In this document: positions 11,398 through 20,960 of the stretch, piece by piece
Layout of the letters: each line of letters opens with the position of its first letter
Numbering within the stretch: the stretch's first letter is position 1
Source: a virus
IMG/VR virus record: IMGVR_UViG_3300032046_000005
Location: 1-64,000 of that record
Length of the DNA stretch: 64,000 nucleotides
Direction: 5' to 3' (one strand)
The notes under the pieces: model-generated
What the model was told of the DNA's origin: nothing
The model's database searches: none
What the model saw: the letters and a program-made list of their open reading frames with translations, nothing else
Translations under genes and position numbers: made by a program

Positions 11398-11607
11398 ATG
11401 AAACAAGTATGTGAATTGATCGAAACAGGAATATACCAAACTTTCAATGTCAATAAAAAAACAACCGTTAAAGATTTGATGAAAGAGTTGAATCTTGAAG
11501 CATGCGAAACATTGAGCATTTTAGTAAACGGAAAGAAAGTTGATTCTGGTTTCGAAATCGACACGAAAGATGAAGTTGTTATCATTCCAGCAATTAAGGG
11601 AGGATGA
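11398..11607 (+). CDS. Ubiquitin-like beta-grasp protein (SAMP/MoaD/ThiS type)
   Basis: 69 aa; TVKDLMKEL, ILVNGK, DEVVIIPAIKGG with free C-terminal GG; GGAGGT RBS before ATG 11398; in frame with the upstream ORF from 11137. Confidence 0.85.
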   Translation: MKQVCELIETGIYQTFNVNKKTTVKDLMKELNLEACETLSILVNGKKVDSGFEIDTKDEVVIIPAIKGG

Positions 11608-12626
11608 TTTCAAGAATGACTTTAATAACAAGTGATGATATTAAAGAATATAAGAGAAACAGTTGTTGTTCTAGCATGACTGGCAAACAAATCAAGAAAT
11701 ATAAAGATGAAAAAAAGAAAGAAAGTAAAGAAAATATAACGAAAGTGATATCAACTTCAAATATTCGAAATGATGAATTTTATAATTATTTTGAACATCA
11801 TGCATATCCTTGGCAAAGATTTAATACTTCTGATGTATTAGATGCTTTTCTTAATGGAACACAAGCATTTGCTCAGAGATTTGGTTTTGGATTTGTAAGA
11901 CAAGAAACTGAAGAAGAGCAAATGAAAAAAACTAAACTAAACTTAGAACATCAACATTTTTGTAAGAAATGTAGTAAAGAAATAAGTTACTTTCACGCTT
12001 TTGAAATGGGTTTTTCTATTAAAAAGAAGGAATTAAAATTAATTCCTTATTCTAATAAAACTGAATATGAAAAAATGCATCAAAAATTATACAAGCAATT
12101 TCAAGAGAAATTTGATAATTGGTGGACAAATAACACGATTCAGTTTCTATGTTGTGATTGTTATGACTTAGCAATTGGTTTAGAACAAGATCGAAAAGAA
12201 CAATTAGACAAATTTAAACAAACGATAAACGATTTAAAAAAATATGGCTTTGAAACGGTTGATTTAGAGTTTTTCTTGAACGACTTTCGGAATCAACTAG
12301 AAAGCAATTCATTGCCTAACTTTTTTGAATTGCCTGATTTGAAATCAGAAATACTTTATACACGTGGTTGGAGGTCAACTTCGATAATATATGATGATGT
12401 TCCTCAAGAAACATATGGAGGAATTCCTTTAAATATGTCAATTGGATTTTCAAAAGGAGGAATTGTAAGCAAAGAAACTTTACAATTAATTACTGAACAT
12501 GGACATGATACAATAGTTCCATTAGAAGTTTCTCCTAGTATTGGATTTGCCATAGATAAAGGTAATGCTAAAAAAAATAATAATAATGAAGAACATAAAA
12601 ATTTTGTTAGATATAGATATGTTTAA
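11604..12626 (+). CDS. Mosaic protein: CxxC...W...CCxC Zn domain plus tape-measure-like C-terminal motif
   Basis: FCKKC...FDNWW...CCDCY shared with 25533-26348; KGGIV...EHG.DTIVPL similar to the tape measure C-terminus. Confidence 0.6.
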   Translation: MISRMTLITSDDIKEYKRNSCCSSMTGKQIKKYKDEKKKESKENITKVISTSNIRNDEFYNYFEHHAYPWQRFNTSDVLDAFLNGTQAFAQRFGFGFVRQETEEEQMKKTKLNLEHQHFCKKCSKEISYFHAFEMGFSIKKKELKLIPYSNKTEYEKMHQKLYKQFQEKFDNWWTNNTIQFLCCDCYDLAIGLEQDRKEQLDKFKQTINDLKKYGFETVDLEFFLNDFRNQLESNSLPNFFELPDLKSEILYTRGWRSTSIIYDDVPQETYGGIPLNMSIGFSKGGIVSKETLQLITEHGHDTIVPLEVSPSIGFAIDKGNAKKNNNNEEHKNFVRYRYV

Positions 12627-12686
12627 ATGATATAAAAAATTTATAATAACAATAAATAATTAAATAAAACAAAAAAAAGGAAAAAT

Positions 12687-13502
12687 ATGGCATTTAAAAT
12701 AAAATTAAACAACGGAAAAATGATGAAAGGAATCATTGAAACTCTTTCAGCAATAATAGACGAAACAACGATTAAAGTTACACCTGAATTTTTTAAAATT
12801 GAAGCGATGGATCCAAGCCGAATTTGTTTGTTGCAACTCACGATCAAAAAAGAAAACTTTGATGAGTATAAATGCGATAAGGAATCGCTTGTTCCGTTAA
12901 ATTTGAGTGATTTTGATAAGATCTTGAAAAGGTTGAGTGCAAATGAATCTTTAGAACTTGAAGGCGATGAAAAAGATAATAAAATCAAGATAAAAATGCA
13001 GAAAGAAGGAACAAAACGACCAAGATCCTTTAGTTTGGCATTATTAGATATTGATCAAGAAAATGTTCCGTTTGAAAATCTATTCAAGATAGAATATCCT
13101 ACAAGAATAGAAATGAAAACACTTGTTTTAAACGAAGCAATCAAAGATGCGGAAATTTATTCAGAAATTCTAACTCTAAACGCAAAACCTGATGTTTTAC
13201 GATTATCTGCATCTGGGCAAATTGGAGAAATGGAATATCAGATCGATAAAGACGATTTAATTAACTATAAAACTGAAAAAGAAGAAAGTGGTCAATATTC
13301 TCTTACATTTCTAAAGGGAATCATGAGATTGAGTTCAATAACGGAAAACTTTAATATTTCCATGAAAACTGATCATCCGATCAAACTCGTATTCACGTTA
13401 GAAAATGGAGCAGAATTGAATTATTTTCTAGCTCCACGAGTAGAAGAAGCTGAAACATCAGATGAAGAATCAAGTGCATTTGCTGATGATTTCAAAGAAT
13501 AA
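12687..13502 (+). CDS. pcn: Proliferating cell nuclear antigen (archaeal sliding clamp)
   Basis: AMDPSRICLL, YSLTFL, DHPIKL, YFLAPRVE motifs and an acidic tail. Confidence 0.97.
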   Translation: MAFKIKLNNGKMMKGIIETLSAIIDETTIKVTPEFFKIEAMDPSRICLLQLTIKKENFDEYKCDKESLVPLNLSDFDKILKRLSANESLELEGDEKDNKIKIKMQKEGTKRPRSFSLALLDIDQENVPFENLFKIEYPTRIEMKTLVLNEAIKDAEIYSEILTLNAKPDVLRLSASGQIGEMEYQIDKDDLINYKTEKEESGQYSLTFLKGIMRLSSITENFNISMKTDHPIKLVFTLENGAELNYFLAPRVEEAETSDEESSAFADDFKE

Positions 13503-13603
13503 TAAACAATAAACTTTAATAATTAATGGTTCATTAATAATATAATGAACTTTAAAAATCTTTTTTTATGTTTTTATGTATTAAATAAAATTCAGATGAT
13601 TTT

Positions 13604-14887
13604 TTGATGAATGAATCAATTCAAATATCAATGGAATATTTTACTAATCCATATGGATATATTTACGAAATTAGAAATAAAATTAACGGTAAAAGATATA
13701 TTGGGCAAACTACAAGGAAAAACGGATTTAGATGTCATTGGAAACTAAATACATTGTTGAAGAATTATGAAGGGAGCATTCATTTATATAATAGTATAAA
13801 AAAATATGGAATAGAAAATTTTGAAAGAAAAATTATTGATAGAGCATTAAGTAAAGAAGAATTGAATGAAAAAGAAGAATATCACATTCAAAAATATAAT
13901 ACGCTTAATTTTAATTATGGATATAATTTAAGACATGGAGGAACTTCTGGTAAAATAACTGATGAGATAAAAAAGAAAATGAGTGAAGGAGTAAAAAGAT
14001 TTTTTTTAAATGAAGAGAATAGGAAAAAACAAAGAGATCGAGTTCGAAGAGGAGAAAATCATCCATTTTTTGGAAAACATCATTCGGAAGAAACTAAAAA
14101 AAAAATAAGCAATAAATTAAAAGGAACACATATTTCAGAAGAAATTAAACAAAAAATAAGTAAAAATTCAAAAGGGAAATCTAAATCTGAAGAAACAAAG
14201 AAAAGAATGAGTAATGCGCAAAAAGGAAAACCACATTTTTGGAGCAAAGGAAAACGTTTTTCAGAAGAACATAAACAAAAAATATCACAAGCTAAAAAAG
14301 GAAAATGTCGTTCGAATGAAACAAAAGAAAAAATTAGTATGATATTGAAAAAATATTATGAAGAATATAACAAAAAGTATAATTTTACAAGAGAATATTT
14401 ATATGAACAATACAACGTTTTAGAAAAATCTATGGATCAAATTGCAAAAGAAAATAATTGTACTCATAAATTGATTAAAAAAAATCTTATAAAATATGGA
14501 ATAGAAATTAGAAATAAACCATCAAAAAAAACTAAAGAAAAAATCAGTAATTCGTTAAAAGGAAAAAGACGAGGTAAAGAAAATATGTTATATGGTAAAC
14601 ATCTTTCTGATGAACACAGAAAAAAGATTAGTGATTCATTAAAAGGAAAAAAACAAGGTAAAGAAAATCCAAACAATAAATTCTTTTTTATAAAAGAATA
14701 TTTAAATGAACAATATTGGAATTTAAAAAAAACAACAATAGAAATAGGAAAAGAGAATAATTGTAGTGGTAGTGTAATTCAATATTGGATGAAAAAATAT
14801 AATATTTATAAAAGATCAAAATCAGAAACTAAAAAACTATTAGATGAAAAAAGAAAAAGTGATTTAAATAATGGAAAAAACTCTTAG
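13604..14887 (+). CDS. Free-standing GIY-YIG homing endonuclease with NUMOD3 repeats and two HTH repeats
   Basis: YIYEI...RYIGQT, GYN; repeated HSEETKKKIS-like units; YLxEQY...xIxKENNC twice. Confidence 0.9.
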   Translation: MMNESIQISMEYFTNPYGYIYEIRNKINGKRYIGQTTRKNGFRCHWKLNTLLKNYEGSIHLYNSIKKYGIENFERKIIDRALSKEELNEKEEYHIQKYNTLNFNYGYNLRHGGTSGKITDEIKKKMSEGVKRFFLNEENRKKQRDRVRRGENHPFFGKHHSEETKKKISNKLKGTHISEEIKQKISKNSKGKSKSEETKKRMSNAQKGKPHFWSKGKRFSEEHKQKISQAKKGKCRSNETKEKISMILKKYYEEYNKKYNFTREYLYEQYNVLEKSMDQIAKENNCTHKLIKKNLIKYGIEIRNKPSKKTKEKISNSLKGKRRGKENMLYGKHLSDEHRKKISDSLKGKKQGKENPNNKFFFIKEYLNEQYWNLKKTTIEIGKENNCSGSVIQYWMKKYNIYKRSKSETKKLLDEKRKSDLNNGKNS

Positions 14888-17798
14888 AGAAAAAATCATA
14901 GAAAAAGTAAATATTTTAGATGTTTATCCTTACAGTTCAACTCTAAAAAACGATAGAGGGGTATGTGAACTAAAAGGACAAAACACATACTCTCCATCAT
15001 TCGTAGTATATGATAATAGTAGTTGGAATTGTTTTTCGTGCGGACGAGGGGGTTCCGTAATAGATTTATATTCACATCTACACAACATTTCGTATCGTGA
15101 TTCTATTCTTGAACTTGCTCGTGAATACAAGATTGAAATTTCAGAAGAAGAAAAAGAAAAACTTTCAAAACTTGAAGAAATAAAGAAATGTTTCGACTAC
15201 TTCACTACAATTTGCCATAAGAACCTGAAACAATCAGAATACTACGAAAAAATCAAGGAAAAACGGAAGTTTTCTGATGCGTTGATGAACGAGTATCGAA
15301 TAGGATTGTTTGACGAAAGCATTAAAAACGAAATGGAAAGAAAGTTTGACAAACAACTTCTATTTGATGCGGGAATTTTGAACGATAAGGCAAATTGGTA
15401 TTTTGGCAAGCGAATCGTGTTTCCATATCTCAATTTGAGAAAAGAACCAGTATATTTTATATTTAGAAAAATTGACGATTCTCCTGATTTCATGGAAGCC
15501 AAATACGTGAAACTCCATAAAACTTCGTTTGTTCAAGAAGAGTTGTTTGGCATTGACTCAACTGCTAAGTTTAGAGACAAACCGTTGATAATAACAGAAG
15601 GAATTACCGATGCTTTATCGATTATTGATTGTGAATATCCTTGCATATCGCCTGTTACTATTAAATTTAAGAACATGGATACGAGCAATATATTGAACTA
15701 TGCAAAACATTTTGAAAAAGTGATTATCATAAACGATACTGATTTGAACGAAAAAGGACAAGAAGGAGCTGAGAAAAGTTTACAACTTTTACTCAAAAAC
15801 AACATTAATGCGTTTGTATTATTGATTCCAAATCCAGAAAATAGAGAATCGGTTGATTTGAACGATTATATTTCAGAATTTGGAAAAGATAAATTTGAAG
15901 AATTACTAAAAACTGCAAAAGAAGGTTTTTCATATTTTTTGGATAATATAAACAAGGATAGTAAACAAGAAGAAATTATTTTTGCATTATCGCTGATTCC
16001 AGAAAAAGACATCAAGAAAAAATCTGATGTATTTGCTACAATAACAGAAAAAACAAACAAGCGAATGGGAGTTCGAGGATTGAATGCTTTGTATAAAATG
16101 GTAAAAGATCAAGAAAAACAGAAAGAAAAACAAGAGGAAAAATCTTATGATGAAATGTTTGGAGTTGAAAGAGATAAAACATTAATATTTAAAACAAGAA
16201 TAAATAATATTGTAATTGAAAACAGAACAACTGGAGTGTTTAAAATAACTGAAGGAAAAGAATATGATAAAAACGAACAAATTATAAAACATCCAATTAT
16301 TTTAATAAGTAAAATGAAACACCATCTTAACGAATATTTTACTTATGATTTCAAAGGAGAAAGACATGTTACAGAAACAATATCAACCATGATTTCTTGT
16401 ATCAAGAATTATGTTGTTGGAGGAGAAACTACAAAGGAATTAATCCGGATATTAATTGACGATCAAGGAAAAGAATTGCCAGAAAAAAAATGCAAGGTTA
16501 TTCTTGGATTTGATAACGGATGGATTTTACCTTTCATAGAATCTGATTATAGTATATTAACAATTACTGATTTTCAAAGAGATGTATATGAAAAAGCAAA
16601 CAAATTATTAACAGAAAATGTTTTTTCTTTTGAAGAAATACGAGAAAAATTAATACGATTTATTGATTCAATTCAAATGAGAAAAGATAAACTTGTAATG
16701 ATAGTTGGTTGGGCAATGGCTTCCGTGTTCAAATTACCCATTCTTGAGTATTTCAATCTATTTCCAATGCTATTATTAACAGGAGATCCTCAAGCTGGTA
16801 AAACCTATGCTGTGAAACCGTTTGTTGTTGATTTTTACCGGATATGGACAAATTATTTCATTGGAAGTGGATTAGGAACTGCTGCTAGACTTGAAGATAT
16901 ATTGTCAACATCTACATTTCCTATTCAGATTGATGAACTTAAGGAAGTAAAAGATGTATTGATTGAAATATTGAAAGGAACATTGACAGGCATTCAAGAG
17001 TTCATGAGAAAATTGAACGTGATTGAAGGATTTAGAAAACCAGAAGTTGTTCCATTTGCTATTACTACGAACGATCCTCCTACACAGTTTTTAGATCCTG
17101 CCTTGAATTCAAGAATAATAACCATTGACTACGATAAATACGAGAAAATAACTGAAGAATATGAATGGGTTGAATTATACGACGAAATCAAGAGAATAAA
17201 CTTGTTTTATTATTTATACAAGCTTACAGAAAAATGGGATAATGCAATGGTCATAAACTTGATAAAAATCATAGAAAAAGACTGTCCTCATTTTTCGGAC
17301 GATTCACGATTGAGAAAGAAATACATTATTATCATGTTAGGTTTACACATATTTAGACTTACATTTAACATTGATTTGATCGATTATTTGAATCTTGAAT
17401 TGTTTAAAGAATCTGGAAAAATCATGAGTTTGTCGTTATTAGACCAATTCAAATTCTTTTGCAAGAGAGCGATGGAGTTTAGAGACGAATTCGTGGAAAA
17501 ATATACTGATGCGCAAGGAAACGAACGAACATCGGTTGTAAGAGGTTCTGGAACATCGTTCATAACTTGCAAGTTGGAAAAATACGAGTTTGCAGATGGT
17601 AAGTATTATGTTTTCACTCAAGATCATTTGCGGGACTTTAACACGTATGCTCAACCAAGCCAAAAATACAAGATGCGACCATTAGTGACAATGTTGCTCG
17701 ATGCACTAGACGATAAAACAATAATACAATATGACACTTATAGATACAAGGGGAAATCAGAACGCGTGGTGAGAATTAATATAAAATGGTTGGAATAA
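14871..17798 (+). CDS. DnaG-type primase (Zn finger + TOPRIM) fused to a P-loop helicase/ATPase
   Basis: WNCFSCGRGG zinc-binding domain, RIVFP, KY, ITEGITDA and DTD TOPRIM residues; GDPQAGKT Walker A, IQIDE Walker B. Confidence 0.88.
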   Translation: MEKTLREKIIEKVNILDVYPYSSTLKNDRGVCELKGQNTYSPSFVVYDNSSWNCFSCGRGGSVIDLYSHLHNISYRDSILELAREYKIEISEEEKEKLSKLEEIKKCFDYFTTICHKNLKQSEYYEKIKEKRKFSDALMNEYRIGLFDESIKNEMERKFDKQLLFDAGILNDKANWYFGKRIVFPYLNLRKEPVYFIFRKIDDSPDFMEAKYVKLHKTSFVQEELFGIDSTAKFRDKPLIITEGITDALSIIDCEYPCISPVTIKFKNMDTSNILNYAKHFEKVIIINDTDLNEKGQEGAEKSLQLLLKNNINAFVLLIPNPENRESVDLNDYISEFGKDKFEELLKTAKEGFSYFLDNINKDSKQEEIIFALSLIPEKDIKKKSDVFATITEKTNKRMGVRGLNALYKMVKDQEKQKEKQEEKSYDEMFGVERDKTLIFKTRINNIVIENRTTGVFKITEGKEYDKNEQIIKHPIILISKMKHHLNEYFTYDFKGERHVTETISTMISCIKNYVVGGETTKELIRILIDDQGKELPEKKCKVILGFDNGWILPFIESDYSILTITDFQRDVYEKANKLLTENVFSFEEIREKLIRFIDSIQMRKDKLVMIVGWAMASVFKLPILEYFNLFPMLLLTGDPQAGKTYAVKPFVVDFYRIWTNYFIGSGLGTAARLEDILSTSTFPIQIDELKEVKDVLIEILKGTLTGIQEFMRKLNVIEGFRKPEVVPFAITTNDPPTQFLDPALNSRIITIDYDKYEKITEEYEWVELYDEIKRINLFYYLYKLTEKWDNAMVINLIKIIEKDCPHFSDDSRLRKKYIIIMLGLHIFRLTFNIDLIDYLNLELFKESGKIMSLSLLDQFKFFCKRAMEFRDEFVEKYTDAQGNERTSVVRGSGTSFITCKLEKYEFADGKYYVFTQDHLRDFNTYAQPSQKYKMRPLVTMLLDALDDKTIIQYDTYRYKGKSERVVRINIKWLE

Positions 17799-19271
17799 TG
17801 GAAGAATATAGAAATAAAGTTTTTAATATTGATTGCAGAGAAGGTTTGAAATTATTACCTGATTCCTCAATTGATTGTGTTATCACATCACCACCGTATT
17901 GTTATTAAAAATAACGCGGAATGGTTTTTGAGGGATTATAAAATAGAACCATCGATTTGGGATGGAGATCCAAATTGTCAACATGATTGGGATATGAATA
18001 TTATTATAGAAAAAAAAGGTTCTGGATCTATGTATGGAAGAATTGCTAATGAACAAGGAATTGAATGTAAAACCTCTTCTGCATTTAATAATATTTCTAA
18101 AAGAAAAGAAGGATTTTGTTTGAAGTGTGGAGCTTGGAAAGGAGTTTTAGGATTAGAACCTTCGTTTGAATTGTATATTAAACATTTATGTGATATTTAC
18201 GATTTGGTATGGCGCGTCCTAAAACCAAGTGGAATAAATTTCGTAAATTTAGGAGATTCTTACAATGGAACAGGTGGTGGTCATAAGTTTGAAAATAGAG
18301 AATCGTATAAAAAATATAATCCGAATATAAATTATTTTAATGAAGGAAAAAATGACAAATCATTATCTCAAAAATGTTTGTTAATGATTCCATATCGCTT
18401 TGCCATTGAGATGTGCAATCGGGGTTGGATATTACGCAATGTCTTGATTTGGCACAAGAAAAATTGCATGCCCTCAAGTGCAAGAGATAGGTTTACAGTA
18501 GACTTTGAACCAATGTTCTTCTTTACTAAATCAAAAAGATATTGGTTTGACCAAGACGCAGTAAGGGAAAAATCAGATAAAAATAGTGGTTGGGTTAAAC
18601 AAAGAGAAAAAGGAGTTGATAATATAACTCCTTATCAGACAGAAGGAAATGGAAAATGGGCTAAACCTAATATTGAATGCAATCCAAATGGAAGAAATAA
18701 AAGGTGTGTGTGGACAATCAACACGGTTGGAAATCCAGAAGCACATTTTGCTACATTCCCTTTAAATTTAGTGAAGCCAATGATTCTTTCTGGATGTCCA
18801 AAAGAAGTTTGCAAGAAGTGTGGAAAACCAAGAGAAAGAATTATTGAAACTGTTAATCAAGAACAAATATCAAAAGAAAAATACAATTCTAAGTATAATT
18901 CTAATTATGGACAAGAATTACAAGGTTTTGTAAGAAATAATTCTATTAAAAATCAACGAGATTTAAGTAGAATTGAATCTAAAAAATTATTTTTTAACGA
19001 TATTAAAAAACAAAAAGAATATATTAAAAAAATTCACGACAGTAATACTGGAAAACCTAAAATATCTAAAGGTTGGTCAGATTGTGGTTGCAACGAAGGG
19101 TTTAAACATGGAATCATGTTAGATATATTCGCAGGCACGGGAACGACCTTGCTTCAAGCTTGGGAACTTGGAAGAGATTATGTGGGTTTTGAAATTTCAA
19201 AAGAATATTGTAAAATGATCGAAAAACGATTAAAAACTACACAAAATAAAAGAATGGATGATTTTTTTTAA
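17798..19271 (+). CDS. N4C/N6A DNA methyltransferase split into exon 1 (17798-17899) and exon 2 (17922-19271); predicted 483 aa after splicing
   Basis: ATG 17798 overlaps the primase stop and gives MEEYRNKVFNIDC...DCVITSPPY; exon 2 continues WFLRDY..., LGLEP, NLGDSY, HFATFP, DIFAGTGTT. Confidence 0.88.
17900..17921 (+). other. Putative 22-nt bulge-helix-bulge (archaeal tRNA-type) intron
   Basis: CCGU/GCGG 4-bp helix, AUU and AAU bulges, GUUAUU/AAUAAC intron stem; removal restores the frame and SPPY-WFLRDY. Confidence 0.78.
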
Positions 19272-19825
19272 TGAAGTTCAAAACAATACTTATAGATCCG
19301 CCTTGGGAATACGATGATAAACTAGATGACACAAGAAAGAAACCTTACAAAACACTAACAATTTATGATTTAGCCAATCTACCCATCAAGAAACTTGCAA
19401 ACGATGATTGTCACTTGTTCTTATGGACTACAAATTCTTTTCTTGAAGAAGCATTAAAACTTTTGAAATGTTGGAGTTTCAAGTATATATGTGGTATTAC
19501 TTGGTTGAAAAGAACAAATTCAGGCAAGTTGTGGTTTGGAATGGGACATTATTTCAGAATATGCACCGAACATTGCTTGTTTGCACATCGTGGTAATGTG
19601 AAACTTAAAACTAAGAATACAAGAAACATCATTGATGCAAAAAAACCACAAAATCATCATGCTGCCAAACCAATCGAAATGTATGATTTGATCGAGAAGA
19701 ATTGCTATCCTCCATACTTGGAATTGTTTGCTACAAGTAAAAGAAACGGTTGGACATCATTAGGATACGAGATTAATCAGAAAGATATCCAAGACGAATT
19801 GCAAGAATTGATTAATAACTTATAG
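19271..19825 (+). CDS. MT-A70-family adenine methyltransferase
   Basis: DPPW, LFLWTT, GMGHYFR..TEH, H.AKP, LELFA. Confidence 0.92.
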   Translation: MKFKTILIDPPWEYDDKLDDTRKKPYKTLTIYDLANLPIKKLANDDCHLFLWTTNSFLEEALKLLKCWSFKYICGITWLKRTNSGKLWFGMGHYFRICTEHCLFAHRGNVKLKTKNTRNIIDAKKPQNHHAAKPIEMYDLIEKNCYPPYLELFATSKRNGWTSLGYEINQKDIQDELQELINNL

Positions 19826-20174
19826 AAGTATAAGATTTGAAAGATTCGTGAGATAAATTTAAATAGTATTGATTGTTTATAATCTTAATATTTGATGTTT
19901 TTGCATGAATGAAAAAAAAGAATTGGTTGATGTTTGTGTTGAGAAATTCAAAAAAGCAAACGAAGTGTTTGATTTTTACATTAAACCATTGCAAGGAATC
20001 GTGCGAATAAATAAAGAATGTAGAGACTTTTACTTGTCGTATTTAACAAAAACGATCAAGCATTTACAAGATACGATTGATTCCTTGAGATTATTCAAGA
20101 AAGAAATCAAACAAATTGACTCAAATGAAAACAAAAACAACAATGAATTGGTTTCAATTAAATGAATGTGAGAA

Positions 20175-20960
20175 ATGTATAAAATGAGTGATAATGAAAA
20201 AGTAATAAAATATACCATAAAAACAGAATCAAATAAAGACGCGTTATTAACTTGTATTGGAGACATTCATGCGGGACACGAATGTCACGAAAATAAAGAA
20301 GCAAAAGAGTTTTTTAACAAGATAATGGATTGGACTCTTGAAAATAAAGTATGGGTATTTGGAATGGGAGACTACATAGAAGCTGGAACTAAAGAATCGT
20401 GGGGAACTTTCACACAAAAGAAGTTTGCTTCTGAACAATTACGAGACATGATCGAAGCGTTCAAACCAATCACTAAAGAAGGAAGATTGATTGGCATGTT
20501 GGAAGGAAATCACGAGCGAAGGATACGAAACTTGACTGGTTTTGATGTGACTGATACAATGTGCGTTATGTTAAATGTACCATATTTTAGAGCTGGTAAG
20601 TTAGTGGAAATAACTGTAAAAAACGGAAAAAAAGAACAAAAATATCCGTTTTACATATCACATGGAGGAACTTCTGCTATTACAACTGCGGGAAAAATTA
20701 ACGCGATAAAGAGAATGTCAACGATTGCTCCTTTTGCTGAAATTTACTGCATGGCGCATACTCACACGTTATTACATTCCGTGGATGATGGATACGATAA
20801 CACGGGCAACTTGATTCCAAAACATTACATTCTTACAGGTTCGTTCATGGTTCATTGGAATAGTTATGCTCAAGAAAAGGGATATGCTCCGAATAGGATG
20901 GGATCACCTAAAATCAAGTTGCATGTGAACGAACACAGAGTTTCGGTTAGCGAGGCGTGA
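20175..20960 (+). CDS. Calcineurin-like metallophosphoesterase
   Basis: GDIH, GD, GNHE, HGG, AHTH motifs. Confidence 0.9.
   Translation: MYKMSDNEKVIKYTIKTESNKDALLTCIGDIHAGHECHENKEAKEFFNKIMDWTLENKVWVFGMGDYIEAGTKESWGTFTQKKFASEQLRDMIEAFKPITKEGRLIGMLEGNHERRIRNLTGFDVTDTMCVMLNVPYFRAGKLVEITVKNGKKEQKYPFYISHGGTSAITTAGKINAIKRMSTIAPFAEIYCMAHTHTLLHSVDDGYDNTGNLIPKHYILTGSFMVHWNSYAQEKGYAPNRMGSPKIKLHVNEHRVSVSEA

Noticed and set aside
13503-14887. Group I intron around the GIY-YIG gene (and around the HNH gene at 52076)
   Set aside because: Flanking genes are complete and the spacers are short AT tracts without ribozyme-like structure
17871-17921. Track start (TTG 17871, MIVLSHHH...) for the methyltransferase, or a simple +1 frameshift or pseudogene
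   Set aside because: That start omits the catalytic SPPY. A plain frameshift would leave about 7 extra residues inside SPPY-WFLRDY. Both exons are otherwise intact and the insert has BHB geometry.
18790-19100. Insert in the methyltransferase (CKKC...CGC) as an intein
   Set aside because: No intein terminal motifs (no His-Asn followed by C/S/T); it looks like a Zn-ribbon insertion
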